Shown here: positions 59,886 through 64,000 of the stretch, piece by piece
Layout of the letters: the number at the start of each line of letters is the position of its first letter
Numbering within the stretch: position 1 is the stretch's first letter
From: Longimicrobiales bacterium
GTDB lineage: Bacteria; Gemmatimonadota; Gemmatimonadetes; Longimicrobiales; Gaopeijiaceae
Reading direction: 5' to 3'
Length of the DNA: 64,000 nucleotides
Assembly (NCBI GenBank): GCA_965248625.1
Contig: OZ252109.1
Location: 499,424 to 563,423 of the forward strand
The notes under the pieces: model-generated
The model's input: the letters and a program-made list of their open reading frames with translations, nothing else
Databases searched by the model: none
Told to the model about the DNA's origin: nothing
Made by a program: the position numbers and the translations under genes

Positions 59886-60122
59886 TCAGTCGGCGAGCTT
59901 GCTGTCGAGCTTCCCCATGCGCCGGGCGATGGAAACGATCCATCCCATAACGACGAGCCAGACCGCGGCGTACGCGATGAAAACGTACCAATAGGGGCGG
60001 AGGGACTGGCTCGCGAGGGCGTCCGCTCCAACCTGCGCGGCGAGTGAGCCGGCCGACACGAGAAGGCCTGCGCCGACGATCAACGCCTGGGCGATTCGCC
60101 GGTGAATGCGGGCGAAGCTCAC
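59886..60122 (-). CDS. ccmD: heme exporter protein CcmD (small single-TM)
   Basis: YWYVFIAYAAVWLVVMGWIVS is present. The GTG start overlaps the ccmC TGA (GTGA). A GGAAGGAG RBS lies 7 nt upstream. Confidence 0.6.
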   Translation of the reverse strand: MSFARIHRRIAQALIVGAGLLVSAGSLAAQVGADALASQSLRPYWYVFIAYAAVWLVVMGWIVSIARRMGKLDSKLAD

Positions 60123-60835
60123 GAGAGGACTCCTTCCGGGGTGGGCGGGGGAGCTGGCTGGACCTCGAGCGCATCGCGGTAACGCAGGTGCTCGAGACCG
60201 TATCGGAACAAGAACAGCGAGAAGAACAGCAGCGTGAAGGTCCCGAGACCCGTGAAAAGCGTGGCCAACATGTCGAAGTCGGCCGTCGGACCCTCGTCCT
60301 TCAGCACGACCGGCTGCGGGTGGAGAGAGGGGAACCACAGCACGCTCACGTGGATGAGGGGGATGAGAAGCGCACCCACGATGCCGACGACGGCGGCGAA
60401 GCGTTTCCCCGCCTCCGGATTCTCCGCCGAGGAGCGGACCAGGAAATAACCGAGGTAGATGAACCACATCAGGAGTGACAGCGTCAGGCGCGGCTCCCAG
60501 GTCCACGGCGTCCCCCAGGCATAGGCTCCCCACAGTGGGCCAGAGATGAGCATGCTCGCGCCGAAGACGATGCCCCCCTCGGCGGCGGACTGGGCCGCCC
60601 AATCGAGCTTGTCGTCGCCGAGCCAGAGGTACACCGCACTGCACAACGCCGTGATTCCGAAGGCCAGGAACGTCACCCATGCGGAAGGCACGTGGACGTA
60701 GAAGATCCGCTGGGCGATCCCCATCGTCCGTTCCGTTCCGACCCAGAAGAACACCATCCAATGCAGCACCAAGACCCCGACTACCCCCAGGAGTCCCAGT
60801 ATCGTCGCGGCCCACCGAATCTTGCCGAGTGACAT
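60119..60835 (-). CDS. ccmC: heme exporter protein CcmC
   Basis: It has the W-rich motif (WGAYAWGTPWTWEPRLT) and conserved His residues. The start was trimmed to MSLGKIRW. Confidence 0.9.
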   Translation of the reverse strand: MSLGKIRWAATILGLLGVVGVLVLHWMVFFWVGTERTMGIAQRIFYVHVPSAWVTFLAFGITALCSAVYLWLGDDKLDWAAQSAAEGGIVFGASMLISGPLWGAYAWGTPWTWEPRLTLSLLMWFIYLGYFLVRSSAENPEAGKRFAAVVGIVGALLIPLIHVSVLWFPSLHPQPVVLKDEGPTADFDMLATLFTGLGTFTLLFFSLFLFRYGLEHLRYRDALEVQPAPPPTPEGVLS

Positions 60836-61515
60836 CACTCCTCCACCACGTAACGGAACAGCACGACTCCCGCGAACAGAGCGACGATCGCGAACGCCCC
60901 GAGGAAGCCGAGGTTGCCCACGATCTCCGGGGCGGGTCGGCGAGCGAATACGCGGGCCGTCGCGCTGACCCCGAAGATGACGACCGGCACGATCAGAGGG
61001 AAGACGAGGATGGGCAGAAGCGTCTCCCCCATGGTCGTTCGAGCCGACATCGCGCTGAAGAGCGTGACGACCGCCACGAACCCCAGAGTCGACAGCGTAA
61101 CGACCCCGATCAACAGCCCCGGGTTCCCGCCAAAATCGAGGTTGAAGAAGAGCCGGAACGCCCCGAACGCGACCATCTCGACCAGGGAAACGAGGACGAA
61201 GTTCGAAGCCACCTTCGCGAGATAGAGCCCGTCGAGTGGAATCGGGCTCAGAAGCAGTCCCTGCATCGCCCCGTGTTCGGCTTCCATCCTGAATGTCCGA
61301 CCCATCCCGAGCATGCCCCCGAACAGGATCGTGATCCAGATGAGGCCGGCGCTGAGATCCTGAATACGAACCAGGCCGTGATCGATGGCGTAGTTGAACA
61401 GGATGGCCACGAGCACCGTCAGCCCCGCCATGGCAGCGAACCGCTCCCACGTACGGACCTCGAGGAGCAGGTCCTTGTGGACGATCGCCCCGACCTGCCG
61501 AAGATACGCGTTCAT
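60835..61515 (-). CDS. ccmB: heme exporter protein CcmB (ABC permease)
   Basis: It has 6 TM helices at CcmB length. It lies between ccmA and ccmC. Confidence 0.85.
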   Translation of the reverse strand: MNAYLRQVGAIVHKDLLLEVRTWERFAAMAGLTVLVAILFNYAIDHGLVRIQDLSAGLIWITILFGGMLGMGRTFRMEAEHGAMQGLLLSPIPLDGLYLAKVASNFVLVSLVEMVAFGAFRLFFNLDFGGNPGLLIGVVTLSTLGFVAVVTLFSAMSARTTMGETLLPILVFPLIVPVVIFGVSATARVFARRPAPEIVGNLGFLGAFAIVALFAGVVLFRYVVEE

Positions 61516-62288
61516 GAACCAGCCTCCACCGCGCGGCGGTAACCGAGCTCGAAATTGGCGACGTCGAGGCCGTCGGTCGGGGCGTGGAGCACGAAGCGGC
61601 CCCGCGCCTGGATGGCGATCCGGTCGGCCAGCTCGAGGCCGCGAGCCAGATTGTGGGTCACGAGCACGACGGTACGCTGCCCGTCCTTCAGCCCGGTGAG
61701 CACCTCCTGTAGGACGCTCAACGCGTGTGCGTCGAGACCCGTGTAGGGTTCGTCGAGAAGGACGATCTCCGGGTCGTGAAGGAGAGTTCGGGCGAGGGCG
61801 AGGCGTTGCACCGTCCCGCGCGAGAGGGTCCGCACTGGGCTCCGGGCGTGTTGCTCGAGCCCGACGTCGGCCAGTCGTTGGAGGATGAGCTCGTCGAGCG
61901 CCGGCAATCCGTAGAGACGGCCGTAGAAGCGAAGATTCTCCTCGGCCGTCAGATGCCCGTACAGGAAGCTCTGGTGAGAAAGGACCCCGATGCGGGCTTG
62001 AGCCGAACGATCACCGAAGGTGAGCCGCTGGCCCCCGACGCGAACCTCGCCGCTCGTCGGGCGCATTCCTCCGCCGAGAAGTCGCAGGAGCGAGGTCTTG
62101 CCGGCGCCGTTGGGTCCGAAAACGGCCAAAAGCTCGCCGGCGCCCAACCGGAACGACACGTGATCCACGGCGCGCACCGGTCCGAAGTCCCGGATCAGCG
62201 AGACCGCCTCGAGAACCGGAGAGTCAGGAGCGTCGTGGTCGGACAGACCCGGCTCGGACACGATCGCCTCCTCTTCGGACCCGGTCAC
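61512..62288 (-). CDS. ccmA: cytochrome c biogenesis ABC transporter ATP-binding protein CcmA
   Basis: GPNGAGKTSLLRLL, LSRGTVQRLALAR and Walker B (LLDEP) are present. Confidence 0.85.
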   Translation of the reverse strand: MTGSEEEAIVSEPGLSDHDAPDSPVLEAVSLIRDFGPVRAVDHVSFRLGAGELLAVFGPNGAGKTSLLRLLGGGMRPTSGEVRVGGQRLTFGDRSAQARIGVLSHQSFLYGHLTAEENLRFYGRLYGLPALDELILQRLADVGLEQHARSPVRTLSRGTVQRLALARTLLHDPEIVLLDEPYTGLDAHALSVLQEVLTGLKDGQRTVVLVTHNLARGLELADRIAIQARGRFVLHAPTDGLDVANFELGYRRAVEAGS

Positions 62289-62300
62289 ATCAGCGACTCG

Positions 62301-62807
62301 TCAACTCTCCGCCGAGGTCCCGGTCCGCTCGTCGCTCGAGGACTCCAGGGGAGCGCCGCAGGTGGCGCAGAAACGGGCCTCCGGCGGGTTGGCGCCGCCG
62401 CAAGCATGGCAAAGCGTGCCCGTCCTCAACGCAGCTCTGTACGCGGCGATCTCCCGCTCGATGTCGTCGGCCGTGCCGGCCGCCGGTGCCCGGCCGCTCG
62501 CCTCCTCGGTGGCGGGCCCATCCGCGATGGAGGCGCTCTCCGTCTTCTCGTCCCTAAGGGCGGTCAATGCTTCTTTGGCCAGCTCGCCCCGCAGCGATTG
62601 GTAGTCGCCTTCATCCAGCTTCCCGGTCGCGAAATCGTACTCCACGTCTCGGAGGGCCAGCAGGCTGAGACGCTTCCGCGACTCCGCCTCCGTGACCTCG
62701 TCGTCCAGTCCCACCATCGGGGCCTCTTGCCCAGTGAAGACGGGCTGTAGCACGAAGACCACCACGGCGGCCACGACGAGGAAGGCCCCCAGCAGGAAGA
62801 ACGTCAT
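62301..62807 (-). CDS. membrane-anchored zinc-ribbon protein in the ccm cluster (function unknown)
   Basis: It has an N-terminal TM (FFLLGAFLVVAAVVVFVL) and a C-terminal CHACGG...CATCG zinc ribbon. It lacks the LRCxxC motif of CcmH. Confidence 0.5.
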   Translation of the reverse strand: MTFFLLGAFLVVAAVVVFVLQPVFTGQEAPMVGLDDEVTEAESRKRLSLLALRDVEYDFATGKLDEGDYQSLRGELAKEALTALRDEKTESASIADGPATEEASGRAPAAGTADDIEREIAAYRAALRTGTLCHACGGANPPEARFCATCGAPLESSSDERTGTSAES

Positions 62808-62858
62808 TTACCGGAAGAATCGGAGGCAGGCCCACGTGCCGCTCGGTTCGCCAGCGGG

Positions 62859-64000
62859 CTACGCTCCCGCTGGTTGGGCGGCGTCGCGAACCGTGACCGC
62901 GTCGGGGGTCCGTCGCATTGGTCCTGTCCCGGGCCACAGCGCGATGAGGGCTCCGAGCGTGACAACCAGACCGCCGTACCAAATCCAGCTGACCAGCGGC
63001 TTGACCAGGACCTGGAACGTTGCCTGCTGGGCCGTCGGGTCGTTGGCGACAGCCCCTTCCCAGTCGTCCACCGCTGCGAGGATCACATACAGATCCTCGA
63101 CGGGGCCGGGCCGAATCCCGACCTCCGTGATCGGCTGTTCGGTCGTGACGTAGAGGCGTTTCTTCGACTGGATGGTTCCGAGATCCCGCCCCTCGCGCGA
63201 GACGCTCATCAACGCCACCCACTCCCATTTGTTCGCGTCCCGGGCGGAGGAGAGGCCCTCGTACGTCAGGACGTACTCGTGTCCGTAGGGCGAAGGCACC
63301 AGGATCTGATCTCCGGGCTCCATGCTCTGACGCACCTCGGAATTGAACGAGGAGCCAGCGAACGCGGTGAAGATCAACACGATGCCAACATGTACGATGT
63401 AGCCGCCCCAGCGACGTCGATTGCGACCGATCAGATGCACGAACGCAATTGCGAAACCCTCGCCTTCAATCCGGGCTCGAGCCTTGGTTCCCTTCCAGAA
63501 CTCGGTCACGAGAACCGTGAGGACGAAGCCGGCGATGCCAAACGTCGCCATGGCGTAGAACCCCCGGACCCCGGCGATCGTGAGCCCGATGAGGACCGCC
63601 GTCGCCATCATCACGGGAACCGTGAAATTGCGCTGGAGGTTGCGGAGGCTCGCCTTGCGCCAGGCGATCACCGGCCCGATGCCGGTGAGTGCCAGCAGGA
63701 TGAGCCCGATGGGAATGTTGACGCGATTGAAGAAGGGCGGCCCTACAGCCACCTTCTCGCCGGACACGCCCTCGGAAATCAGCGGGAACAACGTGCCCCA
63801 CAGGACGGCGAAGGCCGCGCCGAGCAGGATCAGGTTGTTCATGAGGAAGGCTGACTCGCGTGAAACGAACGACTCGATGTGCCGTTCGCTACGCAGATCG
63901 TCCTTCCGCCAGAGGATGAGCACCAGGCTCACTGCGCTGACCGTTCCCAGGAACCCCAGGAAGATGAAGGCGATCTTCGTGTTCTGCGCGAAGGAATGGA
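62859..64000 (-). CDS. ccmF: cytochrome c-type biogenesis protein CcmF (C-terminal part; gene continues past window end)
   Basis: It has a TM-rich CcmF C-terminal region and periplasmic domain. The ORF is open to the window edge. Confidence 0.85.
   Translation of the reverse strand, partial: HSFAQNTKIAFIFLGFLGTVSAVSLVLILWRKDDLRSERHIESFVSRESAFLMNNLILLGAAFAVLWGTLFPLISEGVSGEKVAVGPPFFNRVNIPIGLILLALTGIGPVIAWRKASLRNLQRNFTVPVMMATAVLIGLTIAGVRGFYAMATFGIAGFVLTVLVTEFWKGTKARARIEGEGFAIAFVHLIGRNRRRWGGYIVHVGIVLIFTAFAGSSFNSEVRQSMEPGDQILVPSPYGHEYVLTYEGLSSARDANKWEWVALMSVSREGRDLGTIQSKKRLYVTTEQPITEVGIRPGPVEDLYVILAAVDDWEGAVANDPTAQQATFQVLVKPLVSWIWYGGLVVTLGALIALWPGTGPMRRTPDAVTVRDAAQPAGA

Overview
This is a high-GC (~68-70%), gene-dense bacterial chromosomal segment, almost all housekeeping. 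Coordinates taken from the ORF track are exact. Coordinates I derived by hand (RNA genes, inverted repeats, terminators) may be off by 1-3 bp. Dozens of Arg/Pro/Ala-rich antisense and overlapping ORFs in the six-frame track are typical high-GC artefacts and are not called.

Gene order from left to right:
- A TolC-like outer-membrane factor (5'-truncated at the window edge), an HlyD/MacA-type adaptor and two paralogous FtsX/MacB-type permeases, with no ATPase gene in the window.
- A PIG-L/LmbE deacetylase convergently overlapping a small HIRAN-domain ORF.
- iscS-mnmA.
- A long co-directional minus-strand block: ffs(SRP RNA)-dnaX-ybaB-recR, a small membrane ORF, an orphan mglA Ras-like GTPase, pgsA-cinA, an alpha/beta-hydrolase, and grpE-dnaJ (no dnaK, no CIRCE operator).
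- yraN, a class I-beta DAHP synthase, smc translationally coupled to a SPOR-domain protein with a degenerate ParA-like N-terminus, rsfS and rplI.
- An IS1595-family insertion with ~38-bp inverted repeats in the rplI/DUF2232 intergenic region of the ribosomal-protein cluster. Next to it, S6 and S18 are encoded as one uninterrupted frame with no ssb between them.
- A class II aldolase-like protein and an nfeD-flotillin operon; the NfeD carries an internal 4x D-x-H-L-D repeat.
- An M20 peptidase, H+-pyrophosphatase, pth-rplY-prs, a 664-aa secreted protein, tRNA-Gln(UUG), and ispE, a flippase-like protein, pdxJ and hflX.
- rarA, a CCA-adding enzyme family protein, an SDR oxidoreductase and a PHP phosphatase, with a small ORF and alaS all chained by 4-bp overlaps, then recA.
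- A DUF547 protein coupled to a fused TIGR04283-GT2/DUF2064 glycosyltransferase.
- Two convergent unknown genes separated by a perfect bidirectional terminator, ltaE, and a ccm cluster (ccmF..., zinc-ribbon protein, ccmA, ccmB, ccmC, ccmD).

No CRISPR array and no rRNA gene is present. No single obviously novel multi-gene system stands out. The most interesting loci are the orphan MglA, the SPOR/pseudo-ParA protein coupled to smc, the S6-S18 continuous frame with the IS insertion, the NfeD His/Asp repeat and the DUF547/GT fusion pair.
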